Shown here piece after piece: positions 10,017 to 21,372 of a stretch of 32,000 bases of DNA. Numbering within the stretch: position 1 is the first letter of the stretch; each line of letters opens with the position of its first letter. Made by a program: the position numbers and the translations under genes. The notes under the pieces are model-generated. The model made no database searches. It saw only the letters and a list, made by a program, of their open reading frames with translations, and was not told the DNA's origin. Location: the NCBI RefSeq assembly GCF_000195955.2, contig NC_000962.3, positions 1,710,001 through 1,742,000 on the forward strand, read 5' to 3'. The DNA comes from Mycobacterium tuberculosis H37Rv. Its GTDB lineage: Bacteria; Actinomycetota; Actinomycetes; Mycobacteriales; Mycobacteriaceae.

Positions 10017-10802
10017 TTGTACGCTCCGCTTGTGTCCCTGATGATTACGGTGCCGGTGTTTGGGCAGCACGAATACACCCACGCACTCGTGGCCGACCTG
10101 GAACGTGAGGGCGCCGACTATCTCATCGTCGACAACCGCGGTGATTATCCTAGGATCGGCACCGAGCGAGTGAGCACACCGGGAGAGAACCTAGGCTGGG
10201 CCGGGGGGAGCGAGCTCGGTTTCCGACTTGCGTTCGCGGAGGGTTACTCCCACGCAATGACGCTCAACAACGACACCCGGGTCTCGAAGGGATTTGTTGC
10301 CGCGTTGCTCGACTCGCGGCTACCGGCCGACGCCGGAATGGTCGGGCCGATGTTTGACGTGGGTTTTCCCTTCGCGGTAGCTGACGAGAAACCAGACGCC
10401 GAAAGCTATGTTCCGCGAGCGCGATACCGGAAGGTGCCCGCAGTCGAGGGAACGGCGCTGGTGATGTCGCGGGATTGCTGGGATGCGGTCGGCGGCATGG
10501 ACCTGTCCACGTTCGGGCGCTACGGATGGGGGCTCGACCTGGATCTCGCGTTACGGGCTCGAAAGTCCGGGTATGGCCTGTACACAACCGAGATGGCCTA
10601 CATCAACCATTTCGGGCGCAAGACCGCCAATACGCACTTCGGTGGGCACCGGTATCACTGGGGTGCAAGTGCGGCCATGATCCGGGGATTGCGTCGAACG
10701 CATGGCTGGCCCGCCGCTATGGGTATCTTGCGGGAGATGGGGATGGCCCATCATCGTAAGTGGCACAAGTCATTTCCGCTCACCTGCCCGGCGAGCTGCT
10801 AG
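10017..10802 (+). CDS. wbbL2: Family 2 (rhamnosyl-type) glycosyltransferase
   Basis: [66 protein letters not shown]. Confidence 0.88.
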
Positions 10803-12060
10803 GCGTGCTCCCAGGCGTTTGGCGTGCCGTCGCCTCCAGCAGGTCCGCGGCCGCGGTGACGGCGGCTGTCGGCCGGGTCATCCGTGTCGAGATCTCACGT
10901 GCCCGCGCGGCGCATTCCGGCGCCAGGATCGATCGTAGCTCCTTGAGCAATGACCCGCGGGTGATGTTCGTAAAGCGTTTGGCAGAGCCGACTTTGAGTC
11001 GTTGGACGGCACCGGCCCAGATCGGTTGATCGGCCACGTCCCAGAGAATCAGCGTGGGCATTCCCGCTCGCAGGCCGGCGGCGGTGGTACCGGCGCCACC
11101 GTGGTGGACGACCGCGCGGCACTTGGGAAGGATGGTCGAATAGTTGACCAGGCCGACACGTTTCACGTGGTCGGCATGACGAATGCGGGTGGAGTTGGCT
11201 GCCGGAGAATAGATCAGGGCTCGCTCGCCGAGCTGTGCGCAGACATCGGAGATCATGGCGAGCGTTTGGACGGGCGTTTGGACGGGCGTGCTGCCGAAGC
11301 CGAAGTAGATGGGTGGTGTTCCGGCGGCGATCCACGACTCGAGTTCTTCGTTGGGTTCGCTGTGTAACTCCATGGTCAGCGGGCCGACAAACGGGCGGCG
11401 GTCGCTCCATTCGGCCGCCAGTCCGGGGAAAAAAACCGGGTCGTAGGCTTGGATTTCGGGCGCTCCGCGTTCCGCCAGCCGACGCACCGCCGGCGCCGGT
11501 GCTGGCGGTAGGCCCAGTTCACGTCGTTGCGCGCGATCGGCATCCTTGCTGACGTACGCATACAGCCGCCATGAGACCTTCATCGTCGCGCGCACCAGAG
11601 TCGCCGGCGTCGGTATCGACGGGATCGCGATTTGGCCGTTGACCTGCATCGGAAAGTGATGCAGTGCCGCAGCCGGAATGTCGTAGTACTCGGCGACGTT
11701 GGCTGCCACACCATGATATGTCTGGCCCGTCATCACCAGGTCGGCGCCGTCGGCCAACGTGGTCAACGTCGTGCCCATCTCCGCCCAGCCTTCGACGAAT
11801 AGTTCCTTGACGGCGCGGGCGAGGTTGAGCGGATTCTGGGCTCTGGTGAGGTTGCGGACGAATGCCGCGACCGTGTTGATCTGTTCGTCCGAGTCCGGGC
11901 CGTAGGCGACGCCGGTCAGACCTGCCGACTCGACGAACTCGATCAGGTTGGGCGGCACTGCCATATGAACTGCGTGGCCTCGCCGCCGCAGCTCCACGCC
12001 AACCGCGGCGCAAGGTTCGACATCACCGCGGGTTCCGTGGACCGCCAAGACAAACTTCAT
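10780..12060 (-). CDS. GT1-family glycosyltransferase (Rv1526c-like), paralog of 8726-9970
   Basis: [31 protein letters not shown] and [34 protein letters not shown]. Confidence 0.92.
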
Positions 12061-12082
12061 CAGCGCCTTCCCGCGTTCGACG

Positions 12083-15000
12083 TCAGGCGGGTGCCGGCGC
12101 GTCCCTGTCGGCCGCCAACTTGTCGCACATCAGATCCGCCAGGCCACGAACGGTGGTGTTGATTTCGGTGGCGGAAATGCGGATCCCGGTTTCGGCTTCC
12201 ACCCGCGCACGCAGTTCCTGGCTGCTCAGTGAGTCCAGGCCGTACTCGCTGAGCAGCCGGTCGGTGTCGATGGTGCGGCGTAGGATTAGGCCGACCTGCT
12301 TGGAGAGTAGCCGCCGCAGCCGGTCTGGCCATTCCTCGCGGGGCAGGTCCACCAGCTCGGCAAGGAATTTGCTTGTGCCTGAACGGTTTTGCCCCAGGGA
12401 TTGGAACTTCTCCGCGAATGGGCTGTGCTGGGCGAAGGCTGTCAGCCAGGGTGATCCGATCACCGGGGCGTAGCCGCTGTAGGCGCGGTTGTGGCGCAGC
12501 AGGGTCTCGAAGGCGTAGGCGCCTTCCTCGGGGGCGATGGCGTCGCCGGTTTGTTCGGCAAAGGCGATCGCGCGGCCGATCTGGCCCCAGGCGCCCCAGG
12601 CGATGGAGGTGGCTGGTAGGTCTTGGGCTCGCCGCCAGTGGGTGAAGGTGTCCAGCCAGCTGTTGGCCGCGGCGTAGGCGCCCTGACCCGGCGAGCCCAC
12701 CAGGGCGGCCGCTGAGGAGAATGAGCAGAACCAGTCCAGCGGCTGGTCCGCGGTGGCCCGGTGCAGTTGCCAGGCGCCATATGCCTTGGGCGCCCAGTCG
12801 CGTTCGATGAGTTCGTCGGTGATGTTGGCCAAGGTGGCGTCCTCGACCACCGCGGCCGCGTGCAGCACGCCGCGCAGCGGCAAACCCGTCGCGGTGGCCG
12901 CCGTGACCAACCGGTCGGCGGTGTCCGGCTGGGCGATATCGCCGCACTCCACCACTACGTCAGACCCGATCGCGCGGACGAGTTCGATGGTCTCCAACGC
13001 CTTTTGGCTGGGCTGTGAGCGCGAGCTGAGCACGATGCGGCCGGCCCCGGCGTTGGCCATCTTCTCGGCCAGGAATAAGCCCAGCCCACCCAGGCCACCG
13101 GTGATGATGTAGGACCCGTCTGAACGGAAAACCCGAGCCTGTTCGGGGGGAAGCACCACGCTGCTGCGCCCGGCGTGGGGGACGTCGAGGATGAGCTTGC
13201 CGGTGTGCTCGGCCGCGCCCATCACCCGGATCGCGGTGGCCGCCTCGGCCAGCGGGTAATGGGTGCTCTGCGGCATCGGCAGCACACCCTCGACGGTCAA
13301 CCGATACACCGTGCTCAACAGTTCGCGGACCGCAGCCGGATGGCTCACCGACATCAACCCCAGGTCTAGACCGTAGAACGCCAGATTGCGCCGGAATGGC
13401 AAGAGTTCCAGTCGGGTATTGGAGTAGATGTCGCGTTTGCCGATTTCGATGAAGCGGCCGCCCAGGGCCAGTAGTTTGAGGCCGGCCAACTGTGCGGCAC
13501 CGGTCACGGAGTTGAGCACGATGTCCACGCCGTAGCCGGCGGTGTCGCGGCGGATCTGCTCGGCGAACTCGACGCTGCGCGAGTCATAGACGTGTTCGAT
13601 GCCCATGTCGCGCAGCAGGTCTCGACGCTTTTCGTTGCCTGCGGTGGCGTAGATCTGGGCTCCGGCCGCACGCGCGATCGCGATTGCGGCCTGGCCCACT
13701 CCGCCGGTGGCGGAGTGGATGAGCACCTTGTCGCCGGCCTTGATCCGCGCCAGGTCCTGCAGCCCGTACCACGCGGTGGCGCTGGCGGTGGTCACTGCCG
13801 CGGCTTGGGCGTCGGTCAGCCCCTCGGGCAGTCTGGTGGCCAGGCGGGCGTCGCAGGTGACGAACGTGGCCCAGCAGCCGTTGGGTGACATGCCGCCGAC
13901 CCGGTCACCGACCTTGAGTTCGCTGACCCCGGGCCCGACCGCGCTCACCACCCCGGCGAAATCGGTGCCCAGCTGCGGCTGTCGCCCGTCGAGGGTTTGG
14001 TAGCGGCCGAAGGTGACCAGCACGTCGGCGAAGTTGATGCTGGACGCGGTGACGGCGACCTCGATCTCTCCCGGGCCCGGCGGGACCCGGTCGAACGCGG
14101 CGAACTCCAAGGTTTGCAGGTCACCGGGAGTACGGATCTGTAGGCGCATGCCGGCCTCGGCGTGGTCGACGACGGTGGTTTGCCGCTCCTCGGGGCGCAG
14201 CGGGGCTGGGCACAACCGGGCGGTGTACCACTGGTCGTTGCGCCAGGCGGTCTCATCCTCGCCGCTGGCCGCCAGCAGCTGACGCGCCACCGACTCCGCG
14301 CCGGTCTGCTCATCCACATCGACATAGCTGGCCTTCAAATGCGGATGCTCAGCACCAATCACCCGCAACAACCCCCGCATCCCACCCTGCTCAAGATTGG
14401 GTCGGTCACCAGACAACACCGCCTGAGCATTGTGGGTCAGCACATACAACCGCGGCTCTTGGGCCGTGATCTCTGGAATCTCGCGGGCGATACGCACCAC
14501 ATGTTTGACAAGCTCGCCGCCGCGCACGGGGGATTCCGCGTCGGGGTCGCCGGTCTGCGGCGCGGTCAACACGAATACGCCGGTGAACCCGCCGGTGCCG
14601 AGCTGGTCGCGCAGCCGCGCGGCCTGGGCTGCGTGGTCGGCGCGCTGCGGCCAGGACATCGTTGTGCACTGCGCGTCGTGCACCTTCAGCGCGTCGGTCA
14701 ACTGTGCGGCCACCAAATCCGTAGCGTCACACGTGCTGATCAGCAGCCAGGCGCCGGGTTCGGCGTGGCTGTTTTCGGGCAGCTCACGTTCGTGCCATTC
14801 GATGCTCAGCAGCCGCTCACCCAAAACCCGGGCACGTTCGCTGGCCTGCGACGCGCCGGTACCCAACTGCAGCCCACGCACCGCCAACACCACCGCGCCG
14901 TGCTCGTCCAACACGTCCAGGTCGGCTTCCACGCCCACACCGCACGCGGTCACCGTCGTGCAGCAGTACCGGGCATGACGGGCCGACCCATAGGACCGCA

Positions 15001-18000
15001 ACCGCCGCACACCCAACGGCAGCAACAAACCACCGTCGGCCATACCCTGGACGGCGGGATGAGCCGCCACCGACTGGAAGCACGCATCCAGCAGCACGGG
15101 ATGCACGCCGTAAGCTTTGACCTGCGAGCGAAGCGGGCCCGGTAGGTTGACCTCGGCCAGCACCGTGTCGCCGGCCCCTTCGGCGATGTACGCGTCAACC
15201 AGACCCGCAAAAGCCGGCCCTAAGCGATGACCACGCTTGTCCAGCCATTGCCGAACCTCGGCGCCGTCCACCTTGTGGGGATGGCTGGCCAGCAGTTCGG
15301 CGATGTTTTTCTGGGGTGGCTGGTCCGGGGCGTCGTCGGCTTCCCGGACAACGTGCAGAACCGCGGCGAGTTGCCGTGTGTACCTACCATCATGGCTGGT
15401 CTCTACTGTGAGTGGGACAACGCCGGGGGCTTCTACCGTGGCGGTGACGCCGATGGGGGTTTCGTCGTCGAGCAGCAACATCTGCTCGAATCGGATGTCG
15501 CGGACTTCGGAGGCTTCGCCGAGGACGGCGCGGGCTGCGGCCAACGCCATCTCGCAGTAGGCGGCTCCCGGAAGGGCGGCCGCGCCGTGGATTTGGTGAT
15601 CGGCCAGCCAGGGTTGTGTCACGGTGCCGACCTCGCCCTGCCAGACGTGGCGTTCCGGCTCCTCGGGCAGGCGCACGTGGGAGCCCAGCAATGGGTGTAC
15701 GGCGACGGTATTGGCGTGGGCGATGCGACGGGTCGTGTCGTCGAGCAGCAGACGACGGTGGTTCCATGTGGGCAGTGGTGCGTTGATCAGTCGGCCGGTG
15801 GGGTAGAGCACGGCGAAGTCGACGGCGGCGCCGGCGGCGTAGAGGTCGCCGGCCAGTGCGCGCAGCCCGTGGGGCAGTGGTTGTTCGCGGCGCATGCCGG
15901 CCAGCGCAGCCGCGGACATGTCGAGGCTGCGGGCGGTCTGGTCGACCGCGTGGGTCAGCAGGGGGTGGGGGGTCAGCTCGGTGAAGACCCGGTAGCCGTC
16001 TTCGAGGGCGGCTTGCACCGCCGCGGCGAAGCGTACGGTGTGGCGCAGGTTGTCCACCCAGTAGTAGGCGTCGCAGTAGGGCTCCTCGCGCGGGTCGAAC
16101 GAGGTCGCCGAGTAGTAGGGGATTTCCGGTTGCAGCGGGCTGATTTCGGCGAGCGCTTCGGCCAGTTCGTCGAGGATCGGGTCGACCTGCGGGGAGTGCG
16201 ATGCTACGTCGACGGCCACCTCACGGGCCAGCACGTCGCGTTGCTCCCAGGCGGCCACCAGGTCGCGTACCGTCTGGGTGGCCCCGCCGATCACGGTGGA
16301 CTGCGGGGAGGCCACCACCGCGACCACGGCGTCGTTGACGCCGCGCGCCATCAACTCCGAAAGCACTTGTTGAGCAGGCAGTTCCACCGATGCCATGGCG
16401 CCGGCGCCGGCGATACGGGTCATCAGCGCCGACCGCCGGCAGATGACGCGCACTCCGTCTTCGAGGCAGAGCGCGCCGGCGACCACCGCGGCCGCGGACT
16501 CGCCCAGCGAGTGGCCGATGACCGCGCCGGGCGCTACGCCGTAGGACTTCATTGTGGCCGCCAGCGCGACCTGCATGGCAAACAGGGTCGGTTGCACCCG
16601 GTCGATGCCGGTCACGACCTCGGGGGCGGTCATGGCTTCGGTCACCGAGAAGCCGGATTCCGCGGCGATCAGTGGTTCGATCGCGGCGATGGTGGCGGCG
16701 AATACCGGTTCGGTGGCCAGCAGGTCGGCGCCCATGCCCGCCCATTGCGAGCCTTGCCCGGAGAACACCCAGACCGGTCCGCGGTCGTCTTGGCCGACCG
16801 CGGGTGGGTAGGGGGGTTCGCCGGTGGCGACTTCCCGCAGCGCCTCGGTCAGCTCCGCGGTGGTGGCGGCCAGTACGGCGGTGCGCACCGGCCGGTGTCC
16901 GCGCCGGCGGGCCAGGGTGTAGGCCAGATCCGCCGGCGCCAGCTCGGGTCCTTGGGCGTCGACCCAATCGGCCAGCCGCGCGGCGGTCTGCCGCAGCGCG
17001 TCCTGCGAGCTGGCCGACAGCGCGAACAGCAGCGCGCCGTCGATACCGGGTGTGGCCGGGGTGTCGCCTGGTGCACCGGATTCGGGGGCTGGCACCGGTG
17101 CCTGCTCGACAATGGCGTGCACATTGGTGCCCGTCATGCCATACGACGACACCGCCGCGCGCCGGGGCGTTTCTTGATCGGCGCCGGGCCACGGCGTAAT
17201 CTCTTGCGGCACAAACAGGTTGGTTTCGATTGCGGCAAGCTTGTCAGGCAGGGCCGTGAAGTGCAGATTCTGTGGGACCACGCCGTGTTGGAGGGCCAGG
17301 ACCGCCTTCATCAGTCCCAGCGCTCCAGCGGCCGACTGGGTGTGGCCGAAATTGGTCTTCACCGATGCCAGCGCGCAGGGGCCGTCGTTGCCGTATACCT
17401 CGGCCAGGCTGGCGTATTCGATGGGGTCACCCACCGGGGTGCCCGGGCCGTGCGCCTCGACCATGCCCACCGTAGCCGGGTCCACACCGGCCACATCCAA
17501 CGCCTCCCGATACGCCGCGACCTGCGCGGACCGTGATGGTGTCGCGATATTGACGGTGTGGCCGTCTTGGTTGGCGGCCGTGCCACGAATTACGGCCAGG
17601 ATCCGGTCCCCATCGGCCAGCGCATCCGGCAACCGCTTGAGCGCCAACATGACACAACCCTCACCGGAGACGAAACCGTCCGCGGAAACGTCGAACGCAT
17701 GACAGCGCCCGGTCGCAGACAACATGCCCAACGCCGAGCCCGAGGCGAACCGCCGCGGTTCGAGCATCACGTAGACACCGCCGGCTAGCGCAATGTCGCT
17801 TTCGCCGTCGTGCAGGCTACGACAAGCCAGGTGGATAGCGGTGAGGCCAGACGAGCATGCGGTATCTACCGTGATCGCGGGACCCTGCAAGCCCATGGCG
17901 TACGCCACCCGCCCGGATGCGAAGCAGGCATTGGTGCCCGTGTTGCCGTACGGCCCTTCGAAAGTCTGGTTGTCGGCGTGTACCAATATGTAGTCGGTAT

Positions 18001-18409
18001 GAACCAACCCCACGAAAACCCCTGTCCGCGAGGCCATCTGGTTCGGTGTTAGGCCGCCGTGCTCCATGGCTTCCCAGGAGGTTTCCAGCAACAAGCGGTG
18101 CTGCGGATCGATCGCTATCGCTTCTTTCTCCCCGATCCCGAAGAACTCGGGATCAAAGTCGCCGACGTTATCGAGGTACGCGCCCCATTTGCAGTCGGTG
18201 CGTCCGGGCACGCCGGGTTCGGGGTCGTAGTACTCGTCGATGTCCCAGCGGTCGGCGGGGATCTCGGTGACCAGATCGTCGCCCCGCAGCAACGCCTCCC
18301 ACAACCGATCGGGTGAGTCGATGCCCCCCGGCAGCCGGCACCCCATACCAATGACAGCTACCGGCGTAACACGTGTCCTATCCACGGTCTTTGTTCTCTC
18401 CTTACCCAC
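12083..18409 (-). CDS. pks5: Type I polyketide synthase, mycocerosic acid synthase-like, KS-AT-DH-ER-KR-ACP
   Basis: 2108 aa. KS: [20 protein letters not shown]: [26 protein letters not shown]: [16 protein letters not shown]: [22 protein letters not shown]: [21 protein letters not shown]: [15 protein letters not shown]. No C-terminal thioesterase. Confidence 0.95.
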
Positions 18410-18952
18410 GGTTCAAGCTTTTGCCAGCGGCGTATCGTCGAACTTCGGTCCGGGTTGATAGAACCGCAGCACCAAACGCACCCACCGACCCCCACGCTTC
18501 ACGCCAACCCTTTAGTTCATTGGCGTGAACAGCAGCGTAGCCGGTTGCCCCGATATATGTGGAAAAATCGTTCGGACGTACAAAAAAAGTTCCTGACGCT
18601 GGCGTCAACTCGAAACTGCCTCGGAAGTCATGATTGATTCATCAGTCAATATTAAAGTCGCAGCTCACAACTATAATACGCCGGTGCAGCGGACAATTGC
18701 GGAAGCGCCGGACGCCTCGCGGTCCGATGTCGCCTTTCCCTGCCTCGTCGTCAATATCTGATGGTGGACGACCGCCCGTGCCGGACCGGCTTAGGTAGCC
18801 AGCCGGGCTTCGCGCCACGCAATTTGCCTAGTCGTGAAAGACGGATTGCCGAAGTGTCGAAGGCAACCCGAACTCCGATGTTCAGGTTATGCCAATTGGT
18901 GCCCGGAAATCCCCGAAATCGAAAATGTTACGTGCAGGTTTCACTGGACGGA

Positions 18953-19450
18953 TCAAGGCCGTCGTCGCTGAAGCTGGGCGGCTGGGGCGACATCGCGCGA
19001 TCCGCCCTCGGCGATGCGCACGTACGCCGATTGCATCGTCTCTGGATGCCGCGCGATCGAGCCCTGCGCGATCGGACTACTGGGGGACAACGCGGTGACG
19101 GTGCTCTCCTCGTGAAACTTGTTGACCCACATGCACGCTTGCGCGCCGATCCAGCCATCGCCGAATACTCTGGCATTCATCCGGTCCAGTTGTATTGCGA
19201 TGACCGCAGACAGCAGAAGCGCGCCGGCCGGCATCGAGGCACGACGGGAACGGAAGCCGCCACCTAGAGGATCCAACGAGCATCTATGCTTTTCCCTTCC
19301 CACGGCCGCGCGTGAGGCATCCTCGCTGTGCAGCACCGCCAGGTCAGGGATCAACGCGCCGACTATTTCTCCGTCGATGTGGCTGGACTGCACCTGCTCC
19401 GTCTCTCTTTGCTGCCACCAGCGCCAGGTTGGTTGTGGAAGCTGAGTCAC
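18953..19450 (-). CDS. papA4: Polyketide-associated acyltransferase-like protein, strongly truncated (165 aa); possibly a gene remnant
   Basis: ARVFGDGWIGAQACMWVNKFHEESTVTALSPSSPIAQGSIARHPETMQSAYVRIAEG resembles the C-terminal region of PapA proteins. No HHxxxDG-type catalytic motif is present. Confidence 0.65.
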   Translation of the reverse strand: MTQLPQPTWRWWQQRETEQVQSSHIDGEIVGALIPDLAVLHSEDASRAAVGREKHRCSLDPLGGGFRSRRASMPAGALLLSAVIAIQLDRMNARVFGDGWIGAQACMWVNKFHEESTVTALSPSSPIAQGSIARHPETMQSAYVRIAEGGSRDVAPAAQLQRRRP

Positions 19451-19501
19451 CGTCGGGCGAAACCGTCAGCGTTGACGAAGCGTTAGAGGTAGTGTGCTGC
19501 C

Positions 19502-21256
19502 GTGGTCGCGTCTTCGATTCCCACCGCGCTGCGCGAGCGCGCCAGTGTGCACCCCAATGGTGCGGCCATCACCTACATCGATTACGAGCAGGACTGGGCC
19601 GGTGTTGCCGAAACCCTGACCTGGTCTCAGTTGTATCGGCGAATGCTCAATGTCGCCGAGCCGCTCCGGCATGTGGGGGCGACCGGTGATCGGGCAGTGA
19701 TACTGGCACCGCAGGGAATCGAATACGTCGTTGGATTTCTCGGCGCGTTGCAGGCCGGACGTATCGCGGTTCCGCTGCCGGTTCCACATGCCGGCGCCCA
19801 CGATGAGCGTACGATTTCGGTGCTAAGCGACACTTCGCCCGCTGTCATTCTGACGACGTCGGGGGCCGTTGACGATGTCAGAGAATGCGCTCAGCCACAG
19901 CCAGGCCAGTCCGCACCATCAATCGTTGAGCTTGATTTGCTGGACTTAGATTCTCGGCAGCGCTCCCGCAGCCCTGGCGCGCGCCCAACCGGCAGGGATA
20001 CGCCGGAAACCGCGTATTTGCAATATACTTCGGGATCCACCCGTACGCCGGCCGGTGTCATGGTCTCGAACAAAAATGTCTTCGCCAATTTCGAGCAGAT
20101 CGTGGCCGACTTCTTTGCGCCCGAGGGGGGCGTCGTCCCGCCGGACCTCACTGTGGTGTCTTGGCTGCCGCTGTACCACGACATGGGTCTTCTATTAGGC
20201 GCGATCATGCCGATCCTGGCGGGTGTACCCACCGTGTTGACGAGTCCGGTGGGGTTCCTTCAGCGGCCGGCTCGATGGATACAACTGCTGGCACGTAACG
20301 GTCGCACGATTTCGGCAGGACCGAATTTCGCTTTCGAATTGGCGGTGCGTAAGACGTCAGACGACGACATGGACGGACTTGACCTCGCCGGCGTGCACAC
20401 CATCCTCAACGGCAGCGAGCGAGTACACCCGGCGACCCTCAAACGATTTGCTGAACGGTTCGGCCGCTTTAATTTTGCCGCCGCGGCGCTGCGGCCCGCG
20501 TATGGCATGGCGGAAGCAACGGTGTACATAGCGACCCGTAATGTGAACGAACCACCAGAAATCGTCGACTTCGAATCCGAGAAACTGCCTGCGGGCCAAG
20601 CGATCCGGTGCCCGAGCGGAAGCGGCACACCGCTGGTCAGCTACGGCGTCCCACGGTCACAGCTAGTGCGCATCGTTGATCCAGACACGTGTATCGAGTG
20701 TCCGCAGGGATCGGTCGGTGAGATCTGGGTGCAAGGTGGCAACGTTGCGTCCGGCTATTGGCACAAACCCGAGGAGAGCAAGCGCACGTTTGGCGCCAGG
20801 ATTGTCACCCCTTCGGCGGGCACACCCGAAGCGCCTTGGCTGCGAACCGGGGATTCGGGTTTCGTCTCCGGCGGCGAGCTGTTCATCATCGGCCGCATCA
20901 AGGACCTCTTGATTGTGTATGGGCGCAACCACGCTCCCGACGACATCGAGGCGACCATCCAGGAGATAACCTCCGGCCGCTGTGCGGCGATCGCGGTCCC
21001 CGACCACGGCACCGAAAAGCTGGTCGCGATTATCGAACTCAAGAAACGGGGAGACTCCGACGAGGATGTGGCGGACCGGCTGCGCATCGTCAAGCGTGAC
21101 GTCGCCGCGGCGATATTTGATTCGCACGGTCTGAGCGTGGCCGATCTCGTTCTGGTGTCGCCCGGGTCGATTCCCATCACCACCAGCGGCAAGATCAGGC
21201 GGGCACAGTGCGTCCAGCTTTACCGACGGCGTGAGTTCACCCGGTTAGACGCTTGA
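19502..21256 (+). CDS. fadD24: Fatty-acyl-AMP ligase (FAAL family)
   Basis: [90 protein letters not shown]. Confidence 0.93.
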   Translation: MVASSIPTALRERASVHPNGAAITYIDYEQDWAGVAETLTWSQLYRRMLNVAEPLRHVGATGDRAVILAPQGIEYVVGFLGALQAGRIAVPLPVPHAGAHDERTISVLSDTSPAVILTTSGAVDDVRECAQPQPGQSAPSIVELDLLDLDSRQRSRSPGARPTGRDTPETAYLQYTSGSTRTPAGVMVSNKNVFANFEQIVADFFAPEGGVVPPDLTVVSWLPLYHDMGLLLGAIMPILAGVPTVLTSPVGFLQRPARWIQLLARNGRTISAGPNFAFELAVRKTSDDDMDGLDLAGVHTILNGSERVHPATLKRFAERFGRFNFAAAALRPAYGMAEATVYIATRNVNEPPEIVDFESEKLPAGQAIRCPSGSGTPLVSYGVPRSQLVRIVDPDTCIECPQGSVGEIWVQGGNVASGYWHKPEESKRTFGARIVTPSAGTPEAPWLRTGDSGFVSGGELFIIGRIKDLLIVYGRNHAPDDIEATIQEITSGRCAAIAVPDHGTEKLVAIIELKKRGDSDEDVADRLRIVKRDVAAAIFDSHGLSVADLVLVSPGSIPITTSGKIRRAQCVQLYRRREFTRLDA

Positions 21257-21310
21257 CTGCATCGTTGGAGCTTGTTTTCCATTGTGCTACAACCGGTTTG
21301 CTGTCTCTGT

Positions 21311-21329
21311 GGCCCAGTGTTAGTGGGCC
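21311..21329. other. Short inverted repeat GGCCCA-N7-TGGGCC in the fadD24-adh intergenic region
   Basis: Perfect 6-bp arms read directly. No U-tract follows. Confidence 0.5.
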
Positions 21330-21337
21330 GCTCGGCA

Positions 21338-21366
21338 TTGACTGAGCACGACACGATTCCTAGTGT
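21338..21366 (+). promoter_or_regulatory. Promoter candidate for the Rv1530-like adh, leaderless type
   Basis: TTGACT (21338-21343), 17-bp spacer, TAGTGT (21361-21366), ATG at 21373. Confidence 0.6.
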
Positions 21367-21372
21367 GCTGGT

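Noticed and set aside
12060-12947. 295-aa - strand ORF overlapping the 3' end of pks5
   Set aside because: Alternate frame of the KR/ACP coding region; composition typical of frameshadow.
16221-17192. 323-aa - strand ORF within pks5 in another frame
   Set aside because: Arg-rich alternate frame of the KS/AT coding region; no family motifs.
15227-17536. 769-aa + strand ORF antisense to pks5
   Set aside because: High-GC shadow ORF: Arg/Gly/His-rich, low-complexity composition, no domain motifs, fully opposite a clear PKS reading frame.
18761-19267. 168-aa + strand ORF antisense to the papA4 remnant, downstream of a TATAAT
   Set aside because: No recognisable domain or SD, Arg-rich, and no good -35 for the TATAAT at 18672. 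Could be transcribed but coding is unsupported.
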